From Cladosporium halotolerans (lineage: Eukaryota): a stretch of DNA of 64,000 nt. The number at the start of each line of letters is the position of its first letter. The first letter of the stretch is position 1. The position numbers and the translations under genes are program-made. The DNA lies in the NCBI RefSeq assembly GCF_011745625.1, contig NW_027191502.1, forward strand, positions 1-64,000, read 5' to 3'. Positions 12,859-23,872 of the stretch are shown one piece after another. A model generated the notes under the pieces. That model was not told where the DNA came from and searched no databases. It was given only the letters and a program-made list of their open reading frames with translations.

Positions 12859-14339
12859 GAGCGAGCGGGAGGGGAGGGGAGGCGAGGCGAGGGCGTTTTT
12901 GGATATTCGCTCCCTTGCCTCGTTGAGAGGACTTGCTGCGTTGTTTTCTGCGTGCTCTGGCTTTTTTTTTTCCCCCGTGCAGAGAGCAGCCAGCGTGGGG
13001 AGGGAGCTCGTGCGGTCGTACGGCTCGGGTTTTCCCTTCATTTTCAGTTTTTTTGATTGCTTTTGGCGAGGCGTTCTGGCGACGGTCAACGATGCGGACG
13101 GGATTGGGTTTTTTTTCTTTTTTCTGGACGTTCGCTTTTGGGTTTTGGCTCGGGATTGAGAGAGGGTACATTGACAGACAGTACACAGTACAAAACACAC
13201 TTTTATTATTATCAGTAAATCGTTGTAAAGCCAGGACGGGATCAGGATCGTGCAGGAGATGGAGAGAGGGAGAGGGAGAGAGGGAGGGATTAGTTTTAGC
13301 TTCGATAGGTAGCGGTTGCTTGTAATTAATCATTCTTTTGAGAAAATGCTAGGGTGTTGTGATTCTGATTCTTCCTTTTTGTGGATGGCGCCTTCTGATG
13401 TGAGCCTGCCTGTGCTCGGTAGCCTTGGAGGGGAAGTTTGCAGGAATGCCCACGGGGGAGAAAAAGAATGTAAGATTTTATTAAGGTAGCTTCACAGTGG
13501 CTTTCCTGGAATTGGTCTTCTCCCGCCCGTAAGAAAGAGAATGAGAGCTCTGTGATTCTGCGCGTCCGCCGGTCACGGTGTCTCGTGGCGTGAGCTGTTC
13601 TCGTTTGCCTTTCGACTACCATCAAGGAAGTCCGTGGGTCGTAGTTCGAGGGCCTCGTGGCTCGGGTATCTTGCGCTCACGATTGCGTCCGGTCGCCGCG
13701 TGGAGGGACGACTTTGATGAGTCTCCCGACCTCGACTGCCAAGGTCGCCTGGAAGGCACAGGTGTCTACCTTACGGGGGCAGATTTGTCAAATACTTTCG
13801 CCGCCGGCTCGCGAGGCAAGAACGAGATCCAGGCCTGCACGCCTTGGATTCCACGGTTCTTAGTTTGGCGTGCCGTGGAGAAGGTGGAGGCAAAGGTGCA
13901 CGCCTGAAATTTAGGCAGAGTCACTACTGCAGGACCAGCCGCGGGACAAGGAGATCAGGCGGGTTGCCAAGTCGAGTGGAAGTGGAGGTTTAGAGCTCAG
14001 GAGAGTGAATGAAGGGATTTTCGTCGAGCGAATTTTGAGGTCAGATGCCGTGTACTGTAGTCTAGAGATATTCTGCGCTAATTGGGTCTTTCGAAAATGC
14101 GTGCGTTGAGATGTTGCTAGCTAGCATCATCGTCGTCATGCGGTGATCGTGACACCTTCGGAGGGTATTCCTGGCCGAGAGAGAAAGAAAGATAAAGGAG
14201 AAAGAGTGAAGACCCAAAATGACCCATCGTAAACCCCATCTCATCTCATCATGCCATCATCACACAGCATGAACAAACAAAAGAAATCCCCAAGAGAACG
14301 ACGCGTTCCCATTCCCCCCATCTCCACCACTTCACCCTC

Positions 14340-16154
14340 CTACCTCCCTGACAACTTCGCCAACGCATCATCATTCGCCCAATAACCCCTCTCATAGTCC
14401 CTCCTCTTCCTCTCCGCCAGCACGCGCGCCTCGCGATCCTCCTCCCGATTAAGCTGGCGCACCATACCGATGACGCCATCGTCGTCGTACTGGTCCTCCT
14501 GCGCCATGACGAACTCCTGCGCCGGCGAGTCGTCCATGTACTCGCGCAGTTTGTTCCACTCGCGCTGCTGCTCGTCGGACATGAACGCGCGGCCGGGCGA
14601 TTCGGGGCTCTTGCTGCCCGTACTCCGCGGGCGGCAGTGGCTGGCGTGCTTGCCGGGGGCGGTCGAGCGTTTGAGGGTCGGGAGGGCGGTGGGAGCGGCA
14701 GTGGAGCGCTGGATAGTTGGGAGGGCCGTTGGAGCGGCGGTTGAGACGGGGCGAGGGGCGGGAGCAGGGGCAGGGAAGTAGGAGGTGGCGTCTGGGTGGG
14801 CGAGGTGCGGAGGGGTCGGCATGGAGTCGTCGTAGGCGCGCGAGGCGTTGAGAAAGCGCTCGTAGTCGGTCGTGGCGCCGCGCGGCTGGGCGTTGTGAAC
14901 GTTGTGCAGGAAGCGTTGGAAGGCTTCCTGCGAGGGGTCGACAGCGGCTAGGGGCATGCTGGAGCCCGTGGGGAGGGCGGGGACCGGCGGGACATAGCTG
15001 TTGCGTGAGGTGTTGTCCTTGCTGCCGGAGAACCAGGAGCGGCGCTTGCGCTTGCTGCCGCCATTGGGGTCGAGGTCCTGGGCGTCTGAGGTGGATGTGC
15101 GACTGATCATTACCTTGGTGAAGTTCTGGGGCTTCATGGAGTTCGATGTCCGCTTTGAACCTACGGCCGTGTTGTAGTAAAGATCGTTTGATGTGGCCGC
15201 ATTGCCCGGCTGAACGCCACCCACCTCCCCGAAGCTCAAATTGCGGCCACGATCCATTGATCGTGACGTCGGGCGCTTTCCCTTGACTTGTACCGGTGGC
15301 TGAGCAGGGACAATGCTGTCGTCGGAGTCGCCTGCACCGCCACTCAGCCAGCTGAGTCGATTCTTATTAGGGCCCTGGCCGGAAGTCGATCGGTGAAAGC
15401 TCAGTCTTCGACCGTTACGTTTCGGCTTGACTTCAGTGGCAGGCGCGCCATTGGAAGTGCGTGCACTGCGTGCTAAATCTGGCTCGCGGACGGCAGGCGC
15501 ATTCGCGCTCGTCCTGGAATTCGTTCGCCAGAAACTTCGTCGCTTCTCGCTCTTTGACCTCTGGACGTCCGCTGCGGGAATCGGGTTCGGCTGGTAGGCT
15601 GCAGATGCAGTCGGTCTCTTTGCGTCTGTTGCACTGCGGACCATTTCTGGCTCGCGGACTGCAGGCGCAGTCGTGCTCGTCTTGGAATCTTTCCGCCAGA
15701 AGCTTCGTCGTTTCTCGCTCTTTGATCTCTGAACGTCTGCCGCTGGTTCAGAATTCAGCTCACGAACTACAGGCGCAGTCGTGCTCATCTTGGAATCCGT
15801 TCGCCAGAAGCTTCGTCGTTTATCGCCCTTCGGCCGCTGGAGGTCAAACATCGGGTCTGGCTTTTGGCTGACTGATGGGGTCTTCCGAAGGCCGTCACGT
15901 TTGTTCTGCTTGTGGGTGGGGCTGTGGATGCGCGGTGGCGAAGAGGGATGCCGTGTCGCGCCGCGGTTCTGACCCGAAGGGATGTGATGATGTGTGTCGT
16001 AGATGGCATCGAGATGGTGGGCAGGCTCTTCGCCTTCATATCGAGTCGGCGACACCTTGTGGTGCTCATTATAAATAGTTTCCACGTGTTTGCGAGACTC
16101 TGTCTCACTCAAGCGCGGACGCTTCATCGTGGTCCAGAAGGAAGATAGACCCAT
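14340..16154 (-). CDS. Hypothetical basic low-complexity protein (604 aa) with KRRSFWR repeats
   Basis: Long ORF with coding-like internal repeats (KRRSFWRxxS x3, STAAPTALPT x2) and an acidic helical C-terminus. Confidence 0.7.
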   Translation of the reverse strand: MGLSSFWTTMKRPRLSETESRKHVETIYNEHHKVSPTRYEGEEPAHHLDAIYDTHHHIPSGQNRGATRHPSSPPRIHSPTHKQNKRDGLRKTPSVSQKPDPMFDLQRPKGDKRRSFWRTDSKMSTTAPVVRELNSEPAADVQRSKSEKRRSFWRKDSKTSTTAPAVREPEMVRSATDAKRPTASAAYQPNPIPAADVQRSKSEKRRSFWRTNSRTSANAPAVREPDLARSARTSNGAPATEVKPKRNGRRLSFHRSTSGQGPNKNRLSWLSGGAGDSDDSIVPAQPPVQVKGKRPTSRSMDRGRNLSFGEVGGVQPGNAATSNDLYYNTAVGSKRTSNSMKPQNFTKVMISRTSTSDAQDLDPNGGSKRKRRSWFSGSKDNTSRNSYVPPVPALPTGSSMPLAAVDPSQEAFQRFLHNVHNAQPRGATTDYERFLNASRAYDDSMPTPPHLAHPDATSYFPAPAPAPRPVSTAAPTALPTIQRSTAAPTALPTLKRSTAPGKHASHCRPRSTGSKSPESPGRAFMSDEQQREWNKLREYMDDSPAQEFVMAQEDQYDDDGVIGMVRQLNREEDREARVLAERKRRDYERGYWANDDALAKLSGR

Positions 16155-19100
16155 TTTGCGGAGTAACGGCGGTAGCGAGTCGAGGCTGGGTGGGTGAGAC
16201 CCGCGGACTCAGAAGGCGCTAGTTTCGGAGAGCAATAGTGAAGCACTGTTATGAGTAAAGGCTGAGACAGCAGGGAAACCCAAGAAGGCCAAGGAGGAAA
16301 CGATGCAGAGCCTCCTCACTCGAGGGGGTCAAACAGATGAATGAGAGACATATGTATTCCTTACCAGCGCGTTAGGGCGACGGTCGAGCCATGTTGGCCT
16401 GGTACGCCACAATCTGTCGGAGACTATCGTGGCCAGCAGATACCGAAAAGGCTGGGCTCGAGCAGCGACTTCTGCTTTTGGGAAGCACGGTTCAGCACTA
16501 CGAGGAATGGTGTGGGCTGGTTTCCGGCAAGTCGAAGCTAGCGGATCGCCGTGCGGAGTAGATGGTGTGTCCAACGAACGATACTGAGCTAATCGCTCGG
16601 GGAATATCAGATGGCAGAGGCTTGGAGCCATTCGTGGCTTGCGTCGGAGGGCGCGGCCTTGACGCAGGCCCTGGGCGTCCTGCTGGCTGGACATACGCCT
16701 GCTTGCGTGAGGTGTGGTACTGAAGAGCGCGTACCGCGGGAGCGACGCTGATTCGCGACGATTTGAGTTAGACATCGCGGCGAAAGGCTCTGGATGCCGC
16801 CGAGAGATGGTTCGGGAGGGCGGCCGGCGACGCCTCAGCCGGATATTCATGTGTACTGGAGAGTTTTTCGTATCGCGTGGCCAGAGGATGCGGGCACGGC
16901 GCGAGCGAAGCTACCACCCAGCCATACAGCAACACGCCCGGCCCTACAACGGCAGCCGATCAGCCAGCCATGCTCGTCCAAGCCCGCTGGCGTCGCTGAG
17001 CAGGCGGTAAGTCCGAGTCCATGTAAGTAATACTGGGCGCGCTTCTCAGCCTCGTCTCTGTAGCACATTGTCAAGAACGGCCGTGACTGCCGACGCTTAC
17101 TGCAGTGGAATTGCGCCGCCGCGTAGTGCACGCGGTATAGTCCGAGAGGTGGCGTCAAGCCGGAGTACGAGGGCGAAGAGTGAGAGGGCAATACCGCGGG
17201 GCGAGTGTAAGGCGGGCCACCCTAACCGGACATCGCTGGCGCAAACAGGGTCACGGTTGACGACGGTGAGGGGCAGATCGAAACCTTCCTCCACACCACG
17301 CTGCCGGACCCGATGCGCCGGCTTGCATGCACTTTGGCGAGTGAATCCTGGTGTCGATCTCAGACCTACCTTCCAGAACGCTTGCAGGCCATGTAGCCGC
17401 GCAACGCGACACCTCGTGAGTAATGTCGCGCCACGTCCAGAGCCGCCACGTGGAATGCCCTATATGTGAAGCGAGTCTTCAAGCGAGGCTGCAGCGGACA
17501 AGACGCCGACACGCTGTCTTTGTTGCGACTAGACAGTTGCGCAGGTAAGCAGGCGCCCAATACCATCGCATGACCATCACCACCAGGCTGCATTAGCCGA
17601 GAGGCGCTGAACGACCGCCGTTCTGGGCGCTGAGCAACTGTATCGCCGCCCAGTGCCTCGGGAGTGAACGCATAGCTCTTAGAACATTTCAAGAGGGCCA
17701 TCACAGCGTTTCAATACTGTCGCGAGGAGCAACCCTGATGGCCGCGGGCGTTGTGGTGCGTCTTTCCTGACTCCATCAGAATCAACGCGGACGGCTCGCG
17801 GGGACCAACCTCGGGCTCGTCCACTTCAGCCTCACGACAGCCACCAGCCACCACCAGATCAATCGGCACCGCATGCGGACACTGCCGAGCCATTAGAGCC
17901 GCCTTTGATCAAAGCCACGCCTCGGCTTCTTATCACGACGATGTCTGCCAATTGTTGTCTGACTAAAGACGTTGAAGAGTGATAAAAAGGTAGATGGGCT
18001 GTGCGGCAACTGGTGGTCATACACATGGTTCGCAGGTGCAGCGTGCCAGCAGCTCAACCAATTGTCCTTTAATGCTTTCACACCACGAGTGGGCTAGACA
18101 GACCATCTTGCGAGCGCAACGACAAGCTCCAGCCGAGCTTCTCAGGTTACGTCCATATGCCAATGACTTGCAGGCTTCTTATGTGGCGTCGGCAAGTCGT
18201 TCGAGCGCCCGCTTCCAAATTGCTCGCATCCGGAGCATGATCGTGCACTTCAGCCAGGAGAATAATAAGTTCAGTAGAATGACGTTCGCTGTCGCCGTGC
18301 GATCTGAGCAGGATTGGAGCTTGTGGTGGGAAGCGATCGCCCAGCGGCTTGGTAGGGCCTTGGTACGTAATGCGGTCAATTGCATCCCAGTTTATCGTCA
18401 GCCCGTGCTCTGATGGCGTCGTTACAAGCGCAGTAAGCCCGCGCGATGGGAACGTGCTCCATCAGACTCGGGACAGCAGCCCCTGAATGACTCTGGTGCA
18501 CTTGGGTGGGAGAGAATGACTAGTCGTCGTTCAGCTCTTGACTATTGGAGCACATCGAAGAGGAGCTTGTATTCTTGACCGTTAGTTGTGGATGGTAATG
18601 ATCATTGCAGCATGAAGACTGTTGACCACTCCCTTTAAGGCCAGTGGGGTCTGTTTGGTGCTAGTAAATTTGAAGTTAGCTCCCGTATCTGCCCGCAGAC
18701 TTGGAATTCTAGATCTCTGGAATGGCCGAGACCTGCCGCCACAAGTTACGGCAATAACGCAACTCATAAGTTACGGCAATACGTGTCAGCCTGTTGACAT
18801 TGTTTGACATAATGATAAATCTGAATGGTTCTGCCAAAAGAAATGCTGATACCTAATGCATTAATTTGTCCCTCATTTTTGGTGTGCGAAAGGGTTTTGC
18901 CAGTCTAAATGCCAAAATATCGTCGTGCAGTCCATGCTGTCACTCTGCCGTGTGATCGTGCTCATGTTATTCATAATTTGACATATCATTATAATCAAGT
19001 AGATTCATCAGGCTTGCCTGGCAGTTGAGTTCTCAAAGCGCAACGCCACTCTCTTCTAGGCAACTTTTGCGTGGTCTAGCATTGGAAAGATCTCCGCAAT

Positions 19101-19188
19101 ACGAGCGAGTAGCATTGACTTACCACCACTTGTATTCATTTGGAGTTCACATTCTCGCCTGATGTAGGCAAAAAGTCGAAAAAGAGAT

Positions 19189-19289
19189 TGCCTCCAGTGA
19201 GAATCGAACTCACATCTGAGGATTGCTACAACTGAGTTGAAGTCATATCTGCTATGAGACCTCTGTTCTAACCGTTAAACTATGGGGGC
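19189..19289 (-). tRNA. tRNA-Met(CAT), elongator type, with 29-nt intron
   Basis: Minus strand reads GCCCCCA TA GTTTAACGGTTAGAAC A GAGGT CTCATA [GCAGATATGACTTCAACTCAGTTGTAGCA] A TCCTC AGAT GTGAG TTCGATT CTCAC TGGAGGC A. It folds as a cloverleaf with the intron at 37/38. The T31:T39 apposition is typical of elongator Met. T5 Pol III terminators follow. Confidence 0.92.
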
Positions 19290-19820
19290 GACTTCCAAGC
19301 TAAGCTTGATGAATCGATGACGTCTACTCAAGCTTTTCCATATATATACTATGACATCTAAACCTGAGGAGCTGCATCTTATGCCCTTGAGATTCCCACA
19401 TTGCTCTCTCCAAAGCAACTTGATGCGTAAATTCCGTGCGTTCAGACATTTGCATTGCAATCGTTGCGCCTTCTCCCTGCATTGAAGATGTTAATGATTC
19501 GAGGACTCCCCTCCCGCTATGACAAGGAGCCCCGCCAAATCGCCACTTTGCCGACTCCAGAAGGTGGAGACAGCACTTCGGCAATGTTGACGGCTGAACT
19601 GCCTGGTCTGATCAGCACTCCAGACTAATGTCAAGCGATACGGAGCATTTTACGGTCATTTCTAAGCTCCAAGCTTCGGTAGATCGAATCCTTCCTACAA
19701 TGTTCATTCATTGAATCTCATTGTCACTAGCGATATCTTCATATATACTATCACACGGCCGCATCTCCGTTCTCTCCTCTGTACTGGCTAGGCCAAAGGA
19801 CCGAGCACTGATTATCTAAA

Positions 19821-21644
19821 ATGGCTACCAACGGTGTGCCCAATGGTAACGATACACCATCCGTGCCAGTTCCCATCATTGAGACACCCTACCTAGTTGT
19901 CGGTGCTGGGCCTGCCGGAGCATCTCTAGCCTGCTTCCTCGCCTCCTATGGTCTCAAAGGCATCATAATATCAGCCGCCCCAGGCACCGCAAAGGAGCCC
20001 CGCGCTCACATCACCAACCCAGCAGCACAAGAATGCCTCCGCGACATCGGCCTGGAAGAAGCCATCCAGAAGGAAGGCACCGCACAGGAGAACATGTCCC
20101 ACACGCGCTGGTGTCACGACATGGCCGGCGAAGAATGGGCGCGCATCCACTCCTGGGGCAATCAGCCTGACCGGCACGGCGAGTATCAGGCCGCCAGCCC
20201 GTGCAAGCACGTCGACTGCCCACAGACCATTTTGGAGCCAATTCTTGTCAACCGCGCGCGCGAACAGGGCTGGAAAGTCCGGTTCGATTCGTCTTTTGTC
20301 GAATATGCATGCGATAGCCCTGAAGGCCCCTATACTTCAACGATCCAGGACACTCTCACTGGCCACAAGTATCAGGTCCGCAGCAAGTATCTCTTCGGCT
20401 GTGACGGTGGCCGCAGCCAGGTCATTCGGCAACTTGGGATTCCGCTCAAGAAGGAGCCCGGTCAGGGTCTGGCCATTAACGTACACGCGCGCGCAGATCT
20501 GAGCAAGCACATGAAGCACAAGGAAGGCGTGCTGCACTGGGCTTTCCAGCCAGAACTCGACCATCCGCCGTGGGGCTGGAGTGTTATTGTGCGCATGGTG
20601 AACGCATGGGACGAATGGATGTTCATTGTTCTGCCCGAACCTGGCTTTGAAGACTTCAGCGTGAGACCGACGCACGAAGAGTACACGAAACGCATGAAAC
20701 AATGTATAGGAGATGACAGCATCGACTTTGAAATCCTGGACGTGGCGAAATGGTACATCAACGAGATTGTCGCCGAGCGCTACAGTGAAGGAAACATCTT
20801 CTGTCTCGGCGACTCTGTTCACAGACACCCGCCATTCAACGGCCTGGGAAGCAACACATGCGTACAGGACGCCTTCAATCTGGCCTGGAAGGTAGCCTAT
20901 GTTGAGAAGGGTGTCGCTGACCCAAGCCTCCTGGCAACGTTCAGCGATGAGCGCCAGCCCATTGGAGAGGGAGTGATCAGGCGTGCGAATCAGGGTCTAC
21001 GAGATCACGTGCCTGTCTTCGAGGCTCTGGGCGTTCTGCCTTCTCTGTCCAAGGAAGAGCGTATCCGCCAGCACGCTGAACTCAGTGCTCCGACGAAGGA
21101 GGGGCGGGAACGCCGCAAGAAGCTGAAGGAGACCGTTGCTTATACGGCGCATGAATTTGGTGGCATTGGAATAGAGATGAACCAGCGCTACGAGTCCGCG
21201 GCAATCTGTCTGAAAGACGAGAAGGCGGCACGGAAACCGGGACCCGAGGACCCGGTCTTGCAGTATCAAACGACCACATACCCAGGCTCTAGACTTCCGC
21301 ACGCATGGATAAACACACGTAAGCCCAGCAAGCCGATCTCTACAATTGACCTTGCGGGCCACGGTGCATTTACTGTCATTACGGGTATCGGCGGTGAGAA
21401 ATGGAAGGCAGCCGCAGAGAAGACGGCCAGCAAATGGGGGGTCAAGATCAACTCGCACAGCATTGGCTGGACTATGGATTGGGAAGATATGTACGGAGAC
21501 TGGGCGGATAGGCGGGAGATTGAGGAGGATGGAGTGATCGTTTGCAGACCAGACCGGACGATCTGCTGGCGCAGTATGGAGATGAGAGAGGATGCAGAGG
21601 CGGCAATGGAAAGAGCGATCGGAAGCATCCTGGGCAAGCTCTAG
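19821..21644 (+). CDS. FAD-dependent aromatic monooxygenase (FAD_binding_3; 2,4-dichlorophenol 6-monooxygenase-like)
   Basis: Intronless 607 aa. VGAGPAG, GCDGGRS, GDSVHRHPPFNGLGSNTCVQDAFNLAWK, PGSRLPHAW and a C-terminal RPD motif. Confidence 0.92.
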   Translation: MATNGVPNGNDTPSVPVPIIETPYLVVGAGPAGASLACFLASYGLKGIIISAAPGTAKEPRAHITNPAAQECLRDIGLEEAIQKEGTAQENMSHTRWCHDMAGEEWARIHSWGNQPDRHGEYQAASPCKHVDCPQTILEPILVNRAREQGWKVRFDSSFVEYACDSPEGPYTSTIQDTLTGHKYQVRSKYLFGCDGGRSQVIRQLGIPLKKEPGQGLAINVHARADLSKHMKHKEGVLHWAFQPELDHPPWGWSVIVRMVNAWDEWMFIVLPEPGFEDFSVRPTHEEYTKRMKQCIGDDSIDFEILDVAKWYINEIVAERYSEGNIFCLGDSVHRHPPFNGLGSNTCVQDAFNLAWKVAYVEKGVADPSLLATFSDERQPIGEGVIRRANQGLRDHVPVFEALGVLPSLSKEERIRQHAELSAPTKEGRERRKKLKETVAYTAHEFGGIGIEMNQRYESAAICLKDEKAARKPGPEDPVLQYQTTTYPGSRLPHAWINTRKPSKPISTIDLAGHGAFTVITGIGGEKWKAAAEKTASKWGVKINSHSIGWTMDWEDMYGDWADRREIEEDGVIVCRPDRTICWRSMEMREDAEAAMERAIGSILGKL

Positions 21645-22259
21645 CTTCCGAGTGAGGTCAGCACTGTATGCAATTCAAAGACACTATTTGAGACGATTAA
21701 GATTGCCCTTTGGCGAGTTGTACCTGTGATTTGGACCTGGGTTCTTGCACCTTACGTCAATGAGAAGTTCACTCCGTTGATCATAGCAGGGCTGGGAGAG
21801 CAAATTCTGGAATAAGGTTTCTGCTGCCTTGAGGACGCAATTGAGACTTGCTCGATACACCATCATGCGCTTGTCCGGAAGCACTGATAAGGCATCTGTG
21901 GACAAATGTGACCTTGATGTGTTGCCCTGATAATGATATTGATGATCAAGCTTCATCCGTTGGACGTATGTCATCTCTAGAACTAAGTTTACCGTTCAAT
22001 GCACGCGGGATCACCGGCGTTGGCAAACCTCGTGCACCGAGTGGACGGGCTGACACGATCCTTTGGGATGTGTTTATCTAGGGTAAGCTGGGGTAAGTTA
22101 TAGGGTAAGAGATGCAATTTATAGGGTAAACGATAACGCTGATCCGGGCTTCTTCCCCGCGCTGTTGCCGCTGATATGCGAGTTCAAGCGAAGGCTACGT
22201 TTTGTGAGCCACGCCCTACGTCTCCCATCCCCCTTATAATTTCTTTGTCTCTCCCCTCA

Positions 22260-23642
22260 ATGCTTCTTCGCCGGGCTCTCCTAGCGAGGCCAAAGATAAA
22301 TCCAGCCGGAGTCTCTTCACGCCCACTGCCGCCTCACTGTGTACCTTTACATCATCGTCTCAATCCCGTCTCAACAATAAGAACCATGGTCACCGCAAGC
22401 AACACCGCCCCGGCCTTTGAGCCGCAGAACATTGAGCAGGAGGCCGCTCACCAGTCCAATGGCCATGCCAAAGTCAACAATTGGTCCCATCCCGGGCCTG
22501 CAGCCTTTGATTTTCGCAGTATGTCGTGCATCGAAGTCACCCTATATTGAACGCCACCAAATCTAATCTTTAACCCAATAGGCGACATCGTCACAACTCC
22601 CACCGCCCGCATGCTCTCTGCTATTGCCAGCACGACTCTCCTAGACGATGTAATGGACGGCGGCTCAGACCCAACAACCAACTCCCTCGAAGCCATGATC
22701 GCCGAAATGACCAACAAAGAAGCCGCCCTCATGGTCTGCTCCGGCACCATGGGCAACCAAGTCGCCATCCGCACACACCTCACCACTCCACCCCACAGCG
22801 TAGTCACAGACCACCGCAGCCACATTCTCGAATGGGAAGCCGGCGGTGTCGCCGCCCTCTGCGGCGCCCTCGTCAAAGGCGTCGTGCCCGCCAACGGCAA
22901 CTACCTGACCCTCGAAGACGTGCAGAAAGCCTGCGTCATCTCCGACGACGTCCACGCGTGCCCCACGCGCCTCATCAGCCTGGAGAACACGCTCGGCGGC
23001 GTCATCACGCCGCTCGACGAGTGTCGGCGCATCAGCGCTTTCGCGCGCGAGAACGGCATCATTCTGCACCTCGACGGCGCGCGGCTGTGGGAGGCCGTGG
23101 CGGCCGACGCCGGCTCGCTGAAGGACTACAGCGACTGCTTCGACAGCATCTCGCTGTGCTTCAGCAAGGGCCTCGGCGCGCCGATCGGCAGCATCCTGGT
23201 TGGCACCAAAGCCTTCCGCACCCGCGCTCGTCACATCCGCAAGATGATTGGTGGTGGAATGAGGCAGGCGGGTGTGGTGACTGCGCCCGCGCGTGTCGCG
23301 GTCGAGGACACGTTCCTCGGCGGCAAACTGAAGGCCAGCCATGTACGTGCGCGCCAGATCGCGGACATGTGGCAGGGGTACGGTGGCAAACTGACCGCGC
23401 CAACGGAGACGAACATGGTTTGGTTCGATCTTGCGGCTGCGGGCACGGATGCGAAGAAGTTCATCGAGGATGGCGAGAGGGCTGGGCTGAGACTTATGGG
23501 CGGCCGCTTGGTGGTGCACTACCAGATTGGGGACGAAGCTGTGCAGAGGCTCGATGAGCTGATGCAGGTTGTGCTCAAGGGCAAGAAACCAAACGGGAAA
23601 GTCGAGCTCGGAGCTGACAAGCTGGCGATTGAAGCCGAGTGA
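22260..23642 (+). CDS. GLY1: Low-specificity L-threonine aldolase
   Basis: Intron 22519-22581 joins FDFRS|DIVTTPT. SGTMGNQ, HLDGARLW and CFSKGLGAPIGS (PLP lysine). Second in-frame ATG at 22386. Confidence 0.93.
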
Positions 23643-23872
23643 TGTCTCAGCACGCGAAACTGATTTCGCAACTTTCCTTTCTTCATTGATCGATTTACAC
23701 ATATAGATGTTACATGCCTCCGACATACTCCTTGGATGCGGGGTTTCAAAGTGAGTGCGCACAAAATGAGAAACGTGATATGAAAGCAGCGTGATAAGCT
23801 GTCAAGTCAAGACTGCCTTCCAACATTGCTCGCACAAGGCCCCACATTGTCAACCTTCCAGACCAAAGCTCT

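Noticed and set aside
17000..19150. Possible transposon relic or RIP-degraded element in long intergenic DNA
   Set aside because: No terminal repeats, transposase or RT motifs, and no strong TpA excess visible.
19821..23642. Possible metabolic gene cluster (monooxygenase, aldolase and neighbours)
   Set aside because: No backbone enzyme or pathway-specific regulator; neighbours are unrelated housekeeping genes.
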